Shown: positions 1 to 11,500 of the stretch, one piece after another
How positions within the stretch are numbered: position 1 is the first letter of the stretch
Layout: the number at the start of each line of letters is the position of its first letter
Source of the DNA: Yuukianura sp. NJ FZ-2021
Lineage: Eukaryota
NCBI GenBank assembly: GCA_046563655.1
Contig: CM102288.1
Coordinates: forward strand, 1,240,001 to 1,304,000
DNA: 64,000 nt
Direction: 5' to 3'
Made by a program: the position numbers and the translations under genes
Notes under the pieces: model-generated
Database searches by the model: none
Told to the model about the DNA's origin: nothing
Seen by the model: only the letters and a program-made list of their open reading frames with translations

Positions 1-1902
1 GTAGCTGCCAGTTAGTTTAATTCTTTAGCTATTTGGTTTAAATTTTTAGAAATTTTGAACTGTTTCGACAAACCTGCAGAAACTTTAGGTGTTGACCTTA
101 ACAGGAAAGTTTTACGAAAACATAGAAAAAGATGGTGGTTTAGTCCATCCATTTGTTTCCAATTTCAAGTGATATTTTAGTAGGAAGAAAAAAACGCAAC
201 ACTCGTTGTTTTGATGTTAAGATGGTGTTTGCGTTATAATGAATTGTAAAATGTAACTTTATGAACTAGGAAATTGTTGGCTATCAGTTGCAAACTTTAG
301 TTACTTGATTATAGCCAACTTGGTTTGAAAGTCTAGTAAGCAAAGATGTTTTACTTAAGGACAAAGCAGGAGATATTATGGACAAGAATAAAGTGATGTG
401 AAACTATAAATGTGAGTTACAAAGTCCAAATTCTTACCAAAAGAAAATCTTTTTCTGAAAATTTCAAAATTTGGAAAATTTTAAAGCTTTAATTATCCAT
501 ATTACAGCCTCTAAGGGGCAAATCTCAACTGTTAAATTCCACCCCATGAACTTTAAAATTACTTTCCAAAAATGTTGTAATTGCTGTTAAACTTTTTAAG
601 AATTTCGACATCCTAAATATCTGAAGCGATTTTTAGTACTTTGTTTTAAATAATTCCCGTTTTTAACCTTCCAAATTCCAAATTTTACGAAAAGTATTCC
701 AGTTTGACTTTGTTTCAACTTTCAAATGAAAATCAGAGGTCAGTCGGTCCGTTTTTGTTCAATTTTTGTTGGTGTTTTGCAAATTAGAGAAAGGAGTTTG
801 GATTGGTTGAAAAGCAAGAAGTATTTAGCATTATTTTTCGGAGTCTTTTTGAATTGTACGATTTTGAGGAGCATAGTTTAAAGTGTAAGAGGGCGAAGTG
901 GTTGGTTGAAGATGATGAAGCGACGGCATCTGTATCCTCAAAGCACATACAATTGTCGGCAAATTCCCTTTGATCTTTACTTCCTTTTTTTCTTTACTTT
1001 TGGAACACAAGGAGACACCGCACCAGCAGCTCCTACTTCCAACTTCATCAACAAATCCAACCAGCATCACAGTTCTCACAATAACAAACCATCTTTAACA
1101 TTTCAAAATTTTAAAAGTAAATACATTTCCAAAATCCAAAGTTTAACGGAACTTCGGAACCACAAAAACTCCGAACTCCGATTGTTTTTTCGGTGTCGGG
1201 TCACGTTCGTTTTTGTTAGTCATCTCACCACGACCAGCTTCTGTATGTTTTACTATGTAATGTAAATACAACACGATGTGTATACATGTATACACTTCAG
1301 CTTGGCCCTCTCGAAATCAAAAATTTGAAATTTTTTAGCACCGGAAATTTGAAATTTTTTTGGCAATAAATAAATCAAAATTATTAAAAAAAATCGTTGC
1401 AATTTTGTAAAACCTGAACTTCTGACCGAAGTAACTATCAAAACGACACAAAATCAATCAACTTCAAAATAGAAATTGTATTTGGGTTGCATCGTTTACA
1501 AAAAAAATGCTGAACCAAAATTTTCTTTTCGGAGTAATTTTTTTTCGTTATGAAATATTAAAAACTATCGTTAGCATAAGGCAGCCATATAGTTTTTAGA
1601 GATTGAGATTTCCAAATTTTAAGTAATTTAGGAAAAAAAGAAGTTCGAAAAGGTTTTTTTTTTTGAAAAACTCTTTCTCTTTCCTAAAACCAAATGTGTT
1701 TGGCCTAAACCGCATTAGTTTTCTCTGTGTCACAGAGTTGGACGCTGTCCTTATACTCTTACTACTACTCAAAGAGGTGCACAAGAAAACTTCGACTCAG
1801 TTGACATTCAAAGTGACTCAGGTCAACAAGCCCCTCAACAGCTCTCCATATTTTCAAAAAAGAAAGTTCAAAATTTTGAACAATTATTTGTCTTCTATAA
1901 AA

Positions 1903-4900
1903 ATGGCAAAATTTACCAACTTTGTTCCAATTCTTATAATTTTGACATCCATCACAGCTCTGCCCACAAGCACCAACAGAGTACTAGATTTTCAAACATT
2001 TGTGATTCCAGATTCTGAAATTTCAAAAATTTCGTCCACTGTTCTAAAATTTTTTGAACTTCGGCGGTGCATTGAAACCAAATTGGGTTCTGCTGAAGAC
2101 TGTTCCAGATTGAGCAGTATTCCTTGGACCACAATGAACATTTACGTTGCTTATGACAAGAGGTCAGACGAAGGTCAGTTGGATGACCTCAGAGGTCAAG
2201 AGGCTCCTGTTTTCACTTACTCTTTGGATGGAAATGCAGCACTTTCTCCAAATTTGATATCCAAAAGAGTCCAGTTTGTGGATGGAGAAAGGAGGCAGAA
2301 AGTGGTGGCTGTTCTGCCAGAGTCTTTGGGCAATATCAAAGTGAGTAGTGAGCATGACATTGTTATTGTAGTTGACCCGTACCCAGAGTACAACTATGGC
2401 CATCTCCTTGGAATGTTCTATGTTGACCTCGAAGTTGACCCAGGTCAATGTGAAGGCAAACATCAAATGTACTTGACTGGTAAGTAAAACGGGAAAAAAT
2501 GTAACAGCATTACTAACAAATAATTTGAAAGGAAGTATGAAAATAGAACTGAAAAAACTTACATAAAAAGTATGAAAATTATTTTAATTTTGTTTAACTT
2601 AATTAGAAATTATTAAAATTCCGTAGAAAGTGTACAAAGTTGGCGAGAAAATTCCGAATTCGAAATTTTCGGAAAAATTGACATTTAAAAAAATTAGAAT
2701 TTATAAAAATTGGAGTTTAGAAAAACTGACATTTAGAAAAATTGGCATTCAGAGTAGCGATTTTTTTTGTATGACGGAGACGCAAGTCATTGAATCGTTT
2801 GTGATTCGGCTTTTCTTTGTTGAAAAGTAAACAAAAAGTTAACCCATCAAAAATTTCGCAATAAAAATGTAATTTTCGCAAAATTTTTTGCAACAATTTG
2901 TCGTGTTAGAATCTTAACTGAAATGAGTCACAAGGGAACCGTGAAATCCAAAGGAAGATCGTTAAGTTGTGGTGGGTGGGAGAGAGAAGTGGTTCGTGGG
3001 AAACTGTTTTTGTGAGCCACGAAGTGTGGTGGGGCCACATTAGTTTTTGTGTGGTGGGGCTCATTGGCGGCATTCATTGAGAAAGGGGAGATAGAGGTGC
3101 CACGAGCCAGCGGTTCTTTGAAGTCCGCCGCCTTCAAAGGAAGCCGCCTTGGTTTGAGCCTGCCTTAATCCCTTAGTACACTTAAGGCCCCTCTGGTGTC
3201 CCTTCTACCGTGTTACTTCAATCACACCGAACTCACCTGTACCTCAACCAAATCATTACCAACAAATCCACTTCATTCCAATTCCAACCACCAATTTTGG
3301 AAATTTAAAAAAAAAAGGAGAAAATTTCAAAAAAAAAAGTGCCAGAAAAAATATGTCAAAGGGTTCCGCCTAACTACGACATTATAGCGGTTTACGACGT
3401 TAAAATATCGTAAATCTTTACGTATTTGAGTAAATCAAAGCGTCGGAAAGTCCTCCAGATTTTGCGATTTTTGCTTTGTTTGTTTTTTCATTGTTTTTGT
3501 ATTTGGCTGCTTTCGTTTTTTGGCGGTTTTTGTTTTTGGCGATTTATGTTTTGGCGGTTTTTGTCCCCAACATTCTGTTTAGACGGAGGTCACGTGTGTG
3601 ATTTTTGACCAATCAGATGGCTTTAAAGATGATGAGCTGTGATTGGTTAGCGTCTTGAATTTGAAGTTGATTTTTGAATTTGACAGATCGATCGTGTATT
3701 TCTGTTGCTAAGAAACCAAGATGCGAAGACATGTCGGAAGAGACATTCAAGCGTTTTCATCAGTCAACCAAATGCTACATTGACTTTTTGCCAACAGTTC
3801 GGAGATTTGGAGACTTCAAGACGAATTGTACCAAGAATTTGTTGGAATGCATCAACCTTCCAGAATTCAAATCTTGTCCGCAGTTGCCGCCCGACAGTGA
3901 GAAAGACGCGATTGGTCAATCACAAATCAGTCACTCTGAGGTCAAAACGCGATGTAGATTATTCCAAAGGTCAGTTTCTGCGGCAATGATGACCAACATC
4001 TCAATTTGCAAATCTTTTAAAATTCCAGAAAATTTTGGCATTACTTTTTTTGAAATACGTTTTCTTAAAATGTAGGTGTGACAGGGCAGTTCTTATTGGG
4101 AGCAGTTGGACTCCCATTCACTCTAGGACTACATCGGAAGAGAACATTAGGAAAATGGAATCCATGTTGATTTCGAACGGATTCTTAAAGGAAAACATCA
4201 AAGTTTTCCAGAATGGACAACACGCCGGAAATTCCAGCACAACGGCCACCAAAATTCGAAATTCTCCAGTTCGGAAATCCGATATCCGCAAAACTATCAC
4301 AAAAATTTGTGGATCCAGGCATTGTGCAGACACGTTCTTCATTTACCTCAACACTCCAGTGACAGCCAATGGCAATTTTCTTCTTGAGGATACAAATAAG
4401 AATGGATTGGTAAAAAAAAGTCCAAAATTATTAAAAACAGTCTAGAATTTTTTTGAAAATGGGTTTTGAAATTTCAAATTCAGGCGGATGACCAGGAGAT
4501 TTACACGGTCGAGGAATTTGTGTCAGACATTTCGAAATGCGAGGCTCAGCGGGTGACGGTTTTATCGGACCAAAGCCGTGGGGACATCTTATTGTCATCT
4601 CTCCAGAAATCCAGCCATCATTCAAACGTTGTTCTATCGGTAGCTGGATCTTCAGAGTCACCAACACGTAACGGAGAGTTGACATCTATTTGGACTAATC
4701 ACTCTCATCCAGCAGCTTGTATCAGACATATTCAACAGGTTCTGCACAAAATTAACATAGAATTAAGTATATTTCTTATTTATATATTTTACATGTAAAG
4801 TATTGTCAACTTACTTGATTTTCTAGGCTGCCAGTCTCTGGATGAAAGATTCAATTCCAGCATTTTATGATGGAAGCAAAGGAAGTCTTCTGAATTTGAG

Positions 4901-5200
4901 CATTTCCGGTGCCCCTTGTGGGGACATGTATTCCAGAGAACTCAGATTCCACTATCAAGGTACTGTAGTACAGAAACAATTGCAAACTAACTAAGTTCAA
5001 TTGGAAAACGAATACCCATTAATTGTTAACTTTTTCTCATAGGGTGTCAAAATTTGCCAACGAGTATTTGGTTTGGTTCGATGAGTTACGGAGAAGTAGG
5101 AAGCGAAGCATCAGATGAAATTCAGCCTGTGGGTGACGGGAAGCAAGTCCGAGAAGCGACATACGACTCCAATGTTTCATACAGTAGAAAATTTTTATAG
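1903..5200 (+). CDS. Uncharacterised secreted protein (~579 aa) with a C-terminal caspase/legumain (clan CD)-like fold lacking the catalytic His/Cys; 6 exons
   Basis: Exons 1903-2479, 3687-3969, 4076-4409, 4484-4738, 4827-4959, 5043-5200 join in frame through GT-AG introns (1740 nt, TAG at 5198-5200). The N-terminus MAKFTNFVPILIILTSITALP looks like a signal peptide and exon 2 is Cys-rich. Motif order RAVLIG...NGFLKENIKVF...DTFFIYLN...RVTVLSDQSRG...NVVLSVAGSSES recalls the C13/C14 peptidase fold (by-eye comparison, no search run). Confidence 0.8.
2660..2750. repeat. Degenerate ~15-bp tandem repeat (agaaaaattgacattt-like) in intron 1 of the secreted-protein gene
   Basis: Successive units ggaaaaattgacattt, aaaaaaattagaattt, ataaaaattggagttt, agaaaaactgacattt, agaaaaattggcattc. 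Confidence 0.55.
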
Positions 5201-5710
5201 TCTACTGGTAGATCAAGGGATGAAGCGGGTTAAAGACTATAATTTTTAACAGTTTATAAAATTACTGGGGGAAGTATCGTAAAACTAATTGAGTTCTGTC
5301 AAAATGTAAATACCGACATTTAAAGGTTGTTAATATGATTGTAAATAATTTAAGCCCTAAAAGTGATACGGAACTAATACACAGCATGCTGTAAAGCTTT
5401 ACAAGTTTTCCTAATAAAAATTCCCAATTTACTATAAATACTGAACAAGAATTGCCTATTTAATTAACTAATTAATAGGAATTGTAAGGCGGTTGCAACA
5501 ATACAAATTCTCTCGTTTTCCCGGCCCTGAACAACTTATATTGACGAAAGCGTCCTAGAAGAATGTCGCCGCGCCGGTGCCGTCGAGGAATGCGGGAGTA
5601 TCGTCAATCACTATTTTGAAATTTACCGCGTTTACGAGAAAAATTAAACCGGGCGCGGTTGAAGTAAGGATTAAGTGCTATACTTGTTAGTGCAACAACT
5701 TCGTTCAACT

Positions 5711-6257
5711 TACTGTTCCGTTCATTTAACCCTTCCATTCCGGTAATGTAAAAAAAAAAGCCAAATTGCGACAAAGGTTATACTCCCATAAGAAAAAAAT
5801 GTCTCAAAAAACATCCTCGTTTCCTCCCTCCGTCATTGAGAAAAGAGGGAACTTCTTTCCTGACACCTGGACTTTCCGAAAAACCTGCGAAATTAGACGT
5901 TGCGCGGCAAGCACATGTTGCAACGATTAAATTGTTAGACGCACAATTAAATCAACTCTAAAAGTAATTTGAAAATATGTATTACTATTTTAATGTAATT
6001 TATACAGATTTATTGTAGTATTTCATTATTATTGGAGTAATTCGTTCAATAATTTAACGATGTTAACATGTGCTTGCCGCGCAAACTCTAATTTCGGAGA
6101 GTTTTTGGAAAGACCAGGTGTCAGGAAGGAAACTCCCTCTTTTCTCAATGAGGGAAGGAGGGAGCGGGGATCTTTTTTTGAGACTCCTTTTCTTATGGGA
6201 GTATAGCCTTTGTCTCAATTTCGCTTTTTTTACATTTGTTAAATGAACGGAACAGTA
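5711..6257. mobile_element. MITE/foldback element with ~220-bp imperfect inverted arms and TA at both ends (Tc1/mariner-like signature)
   Basis: Left end TA-ctgttccgttcatttaac (5711) is the reverse complement of right end gttaaatgaacggaacag-TA (6257). The arms continue inward: tactcccataagaaaa/ttttcttatgggagta, tcctgacacctgg/ccaggtgtcagga, gcgcggcaagcacatgtt/aacatgtgcttgccgcgc. There is an AT-rich spacer at ~5945-6045 and no ORF. Confidence 0.85.
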
Positions 6258-6630
6258 TGCGGATACAACAGGCGGCAACACCTAGTGGCAACATTTGTAG
6301 CCGCTCAAACTTAAAAAACCCAAGTGAAAGTGGCAACATAAATAGCCAACCGCACAGTGTAGCCTTCATTGTAAACCCAAAGTGGTGTGGTTTCCTAACA
6401 GTTCCGGTGCAGGATGGCCCTTAATGCTTACGTCAACCCAATTTCCTAAAATTGAAATTTGAAATTGAAAAAGTGGCGGGAAATTACTCTTCTAATTTCG
6501 GATCATCTGTTCATTTCTATTTCATTTGTTTTTGTTTTTCTTCATCATCATCTTTTTCTATAGCTAATTTAATTGCGCACCGGCTTGTGTAGAAGATTAA
6601 GTCATCCTCATCAACAATTTTTCTTCCACG

Positions 6631-7848
6631 ATGGATCCATCAGGTGAGGCAAAGGTTAACTTTCGGAGGTCACTTTATATGCATTTTTTATCGAATGCAT
6701 TTTCTTCACTCTGATATAGATTCACTCTTTTTTTCTAAAAACAGTTTGCTGGTGGTGGTATGTGGTTACGTACGTTACTTGCTAACTTGCAATGCTATTT
6801 TTTTTTTAGATTCGCAGAAGCAGACCGTGACAGTTCATCAGTTGCTCCTGACTGGAGAACTCGATCGTGCAAAGAAGATGGTCAACGAAGACTTTAATTT
6901 GGCTAAATCGAGAGACGATGTAATTGTAAACTGAGATTATCTGGAAGATGGAAAGTCAGTGAAACATCTTCAGTCATCAGTCTGATTGATTCAAAGTTGT
7001 TTTTATACAGAGCGGACGTCTACCGATACACTGGGCAGCTAGTCTCGGGTACAAGGAAGTGTTTGAATTCCTTCTTGGTCTTGCCGAAGATGTGGATGTT
7101 CGTGATGACGTAAGTACATTTCCGGTGACAAACATTTAGCAATTATGCCTTAGATTGTTGAGTGTGATTTTGATTAGTTTGGTCTTAAATTGCAGAGCGG
7201 ACTGACTCCACTCATTATCGCTGCCTCCGCTGGGAACGAACCTATTGTGAAACTGCTATTGGAGAAGGGGGCTGATGTGAACGCCAAGACCATCAACGGG
7301 CATTCTCCTCTTCAGTATGCGTGTTCCAAGAATAATCTCGAGGTTATTACCAATTAATGTTTGCAAATACCCAACTCTGTCATTCCAAATTCCTTATGAA
7401 GTAGCAAAGATCCATTTTTTCTTAACGATTGCCTAAAATTGTTTACAGATCGTGGAGCTTCTGTTGAAACACAATGCTGATCCAAATATTACTGATGAAA
7501 TGAACGCCACACCATTGCATCGAGCCGCTTCTCAGGGTCATTCCAGGGTTGTTCAACTTCTGGTCAACGCTGCCGGCGGGAAAATTAATATCAACGCTAA
7601 AGACAACTCGGGAAACACTCCATTGTACGTGCTAAAAACTTGTCATGCTTTCTACCATATTGCGTTATACGATTTAACTTTCCAGGCACTTGGCTTGTGA
7701 AGAAGAACGTATCGAAGATGCCAAATTCTTGATGTCCCACGGAGCCCGAGTGGATATTATCAACAAAGAAGAGCGTACTCCGTTAGACTTAGCTTCTTCT
7801 CGAACTCGTCCAGTGCTCATTGCCTTTGCAGCGACACTCACCAAATGA
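6631..7848 (+). CDS. PSMD10: 26S proteasome non-ATPase regulatory subunit 10 (gankyrin), ankyrin-repeat protein, ~235 aa; 6 exons
   Basis: Exons 6631-6643, 6810-6919, 7011-7109, 7196-7342, 7449-7624, 7686-7848 (708 nt, in frame). Gankyrin-typical repeats: GRLPIHWAAS, DDSGLTPLIIAASAG, GHSPLQYACSKN, ATPLHRAASQG, GNTPLHLACEEERIEDAKFLMSHGA, NKEERTPLDLA. Confidence 0.92.
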
Positions 7849-8300
7849 AAGACTTCCCTTTCCAACCAACTTACAAACTGAAGAGACAAGACTACTTCCT
7901 AACAATAAATCTTCCGAAAAAAACTCTCACAAGATCCTCATATCACAGGTACTGTTGTGTATTTTGAAAAAGAGACACCATTTATTGCTTTTTATTTACA
8001 GTTCCGTGTAGTTTCTCCACGATTTCTTCATTGGGTTTAATTTATTTTCACTTTGAATTTTGAGTATTCTCTGAGAATAGTGTCCCCTTTTTCCTAAAAA
8101 GAGATTACAGTTTCTAAATGATATAAATATATATCATCTTGGCTTTAATTACAATTAACTAATACTAATAATACTTGTCTAACTTGGTACAAATCAAGTT
8201 AGGGAAATTACGTTTGATCACACTTTCAAGCCATGGGTACAAAGAGAGCAATTGACCTTGCTTCAACCTAAACCGCTGCTATTGGGCTACAGAGACATTT

Positions 8301-8510
8301 TTAAATCGGGTTCCACTTTCACCGGAAGTTGACTTTTAATACTTGATTTAAAAACCGCTTCTGTTTAAAATTTAAGCATCATTGTCAAAGCTTATCTACT
8401 TTTCAACTTTTTGTAGATTCAGTTCAAGGGTCATGGATTTTAATTAACACTGCCTAATTATTACGCCAAACTTGAAAATCGACTTCCGGTGAAAGTGGAA
8501 CCCGATTTAA
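8301..8510. mobile_element. Small (~210 bp) MITE-like element with ~30-bp inverted termini, flanked by TTAA
   Basis: ttaaatcgggttccactttcaccggaagt (8301-) is the reverse complement of acttccggtgaaagtggaacccgatttaa (-8510). Confidence 0.75.
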
Positions 8511-8534
8511 GAACCGTACTGTACTTAAAATAAC

Positions 8535-11500
8535 TTAAGGGTAGGTCAAACCACTTCGATTGTTAAGTGCAATGGCTGCTGTGACATCTTTCCTTAACCT
8601 AACAAATAATCGACCACTTTTCCATGGATTTTGTAAATGTAGCGGTCGAAAGTCTCCTCTCAAGCACCTCTCCCGAGCTCCAATCACAGAAACTAATACA
8701 AAATCTGAACTTTGGGCATAAATTGGACCTGACTCTCCTTTGGCCACAACTTCAGAATTTAATTGTTTTACTACCAAGTCTACAACGTGGTCAGACGTTG
8801 TTTGATTAGTAATTTGGAGTCTAACGCTTGTTCCTGGACTGAGTCCACAGTCATAGGCAGCATACACTTGGATTATCCCTGTTTGAGGAACAAGTGGGCT
8901 TGTAATTTCCGTTTCTTGTAAACTGCTGCCACTGCTGTTACTCCATGATTTGGGTGGAGACGTTTCATTGGTGGAGCACTCTGCAGTAGGTGGTGGAGGA
9001 GGAAGTGTTCTTCTCGGTGGAACTGGCGGGGGAACGGGATTGGTATGTCTTTGACCTTGACCTTTGACATGTACGTGTGGTGGAATTGGAGAAGTTCTAG
9101 TAAATGTTTTCCTTATAGGTGACCCCACTGGACTTCCAGATGACACAACTACACTAGGAATCGGCACCGTGATTTGACTACTACTACAGTGACGATACAA
9201 GTTATGTAAGCTGGCACTACTAACTGAATCTTGGGCATGAAGAACTGGATGATTGGAGATGGTCGTATCACTCTGTGAATGATTAGAGTAAATTTTGGGA
9301 TTGAAAGTTAATTTTTCTGTTAATTTTGTTGCAGCTTCGTTGCCCGATCCTCCTCCTAGCATCGGACCTAAACATGGAATTGGCACACTAACTTTTCTGC
9401 CTCCAGCTGGATGTGTGGGATGGAGCAGAGGAAGCGGAAGATCTGATTTGTCACCACCGTTACCGTCACAGCCACTACGGTTGCCACTACTCCCGCTGGC
9501 TACACTAGTTCCAATCGTAGCAAGTTGATTTTCACTTCGTGAGAATTTGATTCCGGATCCACCGAGATTTCCTCCGAACCGAAGACTTTGATCACTTTTA
9601 CTGTGAAATCCCAAGAGACAACTTCCTTCAATCTTCGTTGGACACGATTCGGCAGACACAATTGACTCGGAAGAAGTTTGAAGGAGACCGTCAGACATGT
9701 TCAAAGTTTTGACCGAGGCGGAGGCACAGTTTTTGTCTCGAGAGGTCGTCACAAGGTCAATTATCCAGCGTGACCCCTTCCACGTTGTGTCTAACTGTGA
9801 CTGGAAGTCTTGGAGTTGCTGCAAACGCTGTTTGGCCAAAGCCACTTCATCAGTCGAAAATGCCTGTAACAAAAAGCCACAATTTTTACAACTTTTTTCA
9901 AAAAAACAAGCTTAGACTAACCTAACTCTTGGTCTAATCCTGTTTCAAAACAGTTTTTCAGACACACCGCCGACATTCAGGATCCACACACCGTTGGTTC
10001 CTGTCGACACTACGATCAACCTAACGAAACGGCGTAGTGTGGACCGTTAAGCCATAAATATGTCACGCGCTTCACTGGTTTACACACTCAATGTTTCGTT
10101 CAATACTAAATCCAAAGGTCAAATTGGAGAGTAAACATGTTTAATAAATGAAAGTCTCTTTGAGGTCACGTTCTTCCCCAAATCCTCATGTGTTTACTTT
10201 CTCCTCTCAAATCTAAAATAACAGGATCAAATTCTAGTCACATCAATTCGTCTCTCTAAAACTTCAAAACCTCAAAAGATTTCAAGCTCCCACACAGAAC
10301 ATGTCATTTGTACTTCCCTTTGACTTTCTCTTTGCATTCTGGATTATGAAACTTCTGAATAGCAAATCAACTCAATGTGGAGCAAAACTTTCTTTGAACA
10401 AGAAATTGCAGCCGGGGGGAGTCGAACTGGCAGCCAAAATCATGAAACTCATCCGTCTTGTCTCCATCTTTTTTTCAGACCAAGATCAACCATAGACTCC
10501 GATTTTTTGAAAAAAAAGGACTCAAAATCCGAATCTTCATCTCCTAGGAATTCAAAATCTTCCTTTCTCCTGTCAGGCTCACTTTGGATCAAACAAAAAT
10601 TCGGAAATTCTGTTAAGGAATTTGAGAAATTCTAAAAGAGAAATTCTATTTCGCACTTTCTAGGCTCATTTTGCTTGGAGGGAGGCTTTTGGAAATAGTG
10701 AAAGTGCGAGCATTAGAAAAGTGAAAGTGAATTTTCACTTCTTTTTTCTGGCTTTTTCTAAGTATGGCTGGAAGCCTTCAATAATAAATTGGGCAGATAT
10801 GAAATCATATTGTGGTCCTAAACCTACAGACATAACGTCTCCTTCTTTTACTTTTCAATATTGACACAAACCAAAATCAATGAGATGACGACGTTTGATT
10901 TGTGCTTTGAGCCATGCAAGGCAGAAAGTAAAAGTCTTCTAGAAGAAGATACTTTCTTAGATGTACTTAGATGTTCGTATCTTGTGCGGAGTAATACAAA
11001 ACATGACGCAAGGAAATGTCAAAAGAAAGTGTCAAGATGACGAAAATGTTTCGAAAAAAGGCTTTGTTCGCTTCAATCTTCTGACTTTCCAAAAAAAAAG
11101 ACCATTTTTCAAAAAATACTTGTCATGTGGTGGGCGTTGTTGACAAGTGAAAGCCTTTGACACCAAAAGTCAAGACTTTTTAATTTTGGAAACAAAAGTT
11201 TTCAAAAAATAATTTGAGTTTAATTTTTTTTAACTTGAAAATTTTTGACTTACGACTCGTTGATTGTGCTGAGCCAAGACAGTATCGACTTCAAGAATGG
11301 TGGACAGCCTGGCGTAGCGTGTGATGAACTCCTTCTGATACGTTGACAAATGAATCATTTCGAACACCTTTTCAAAAAAATGAAATTATGAAAATTATGA
11401 CCCTCGTAGAAAGTTTTTATTTTAGAAATTTTGACAACTTGACGTAAAGTGGAAATAGAGAAGTTGGAAAACTTTTGAAGAAAAGTCAGTTATGAACAGG

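Noticed and set aside
831..1265. Short ORFs on both strands near the window start
   Set aside because: No recognisable domain or splice chain. Could be UTR of a gene outside the window.
1663..1902. N-terminal 80 aa of the 274-aa ORF call
   Set aside because: It starts at a non-ATG codon. The real start is more likely ATG 1903, which opens a signal peptide.
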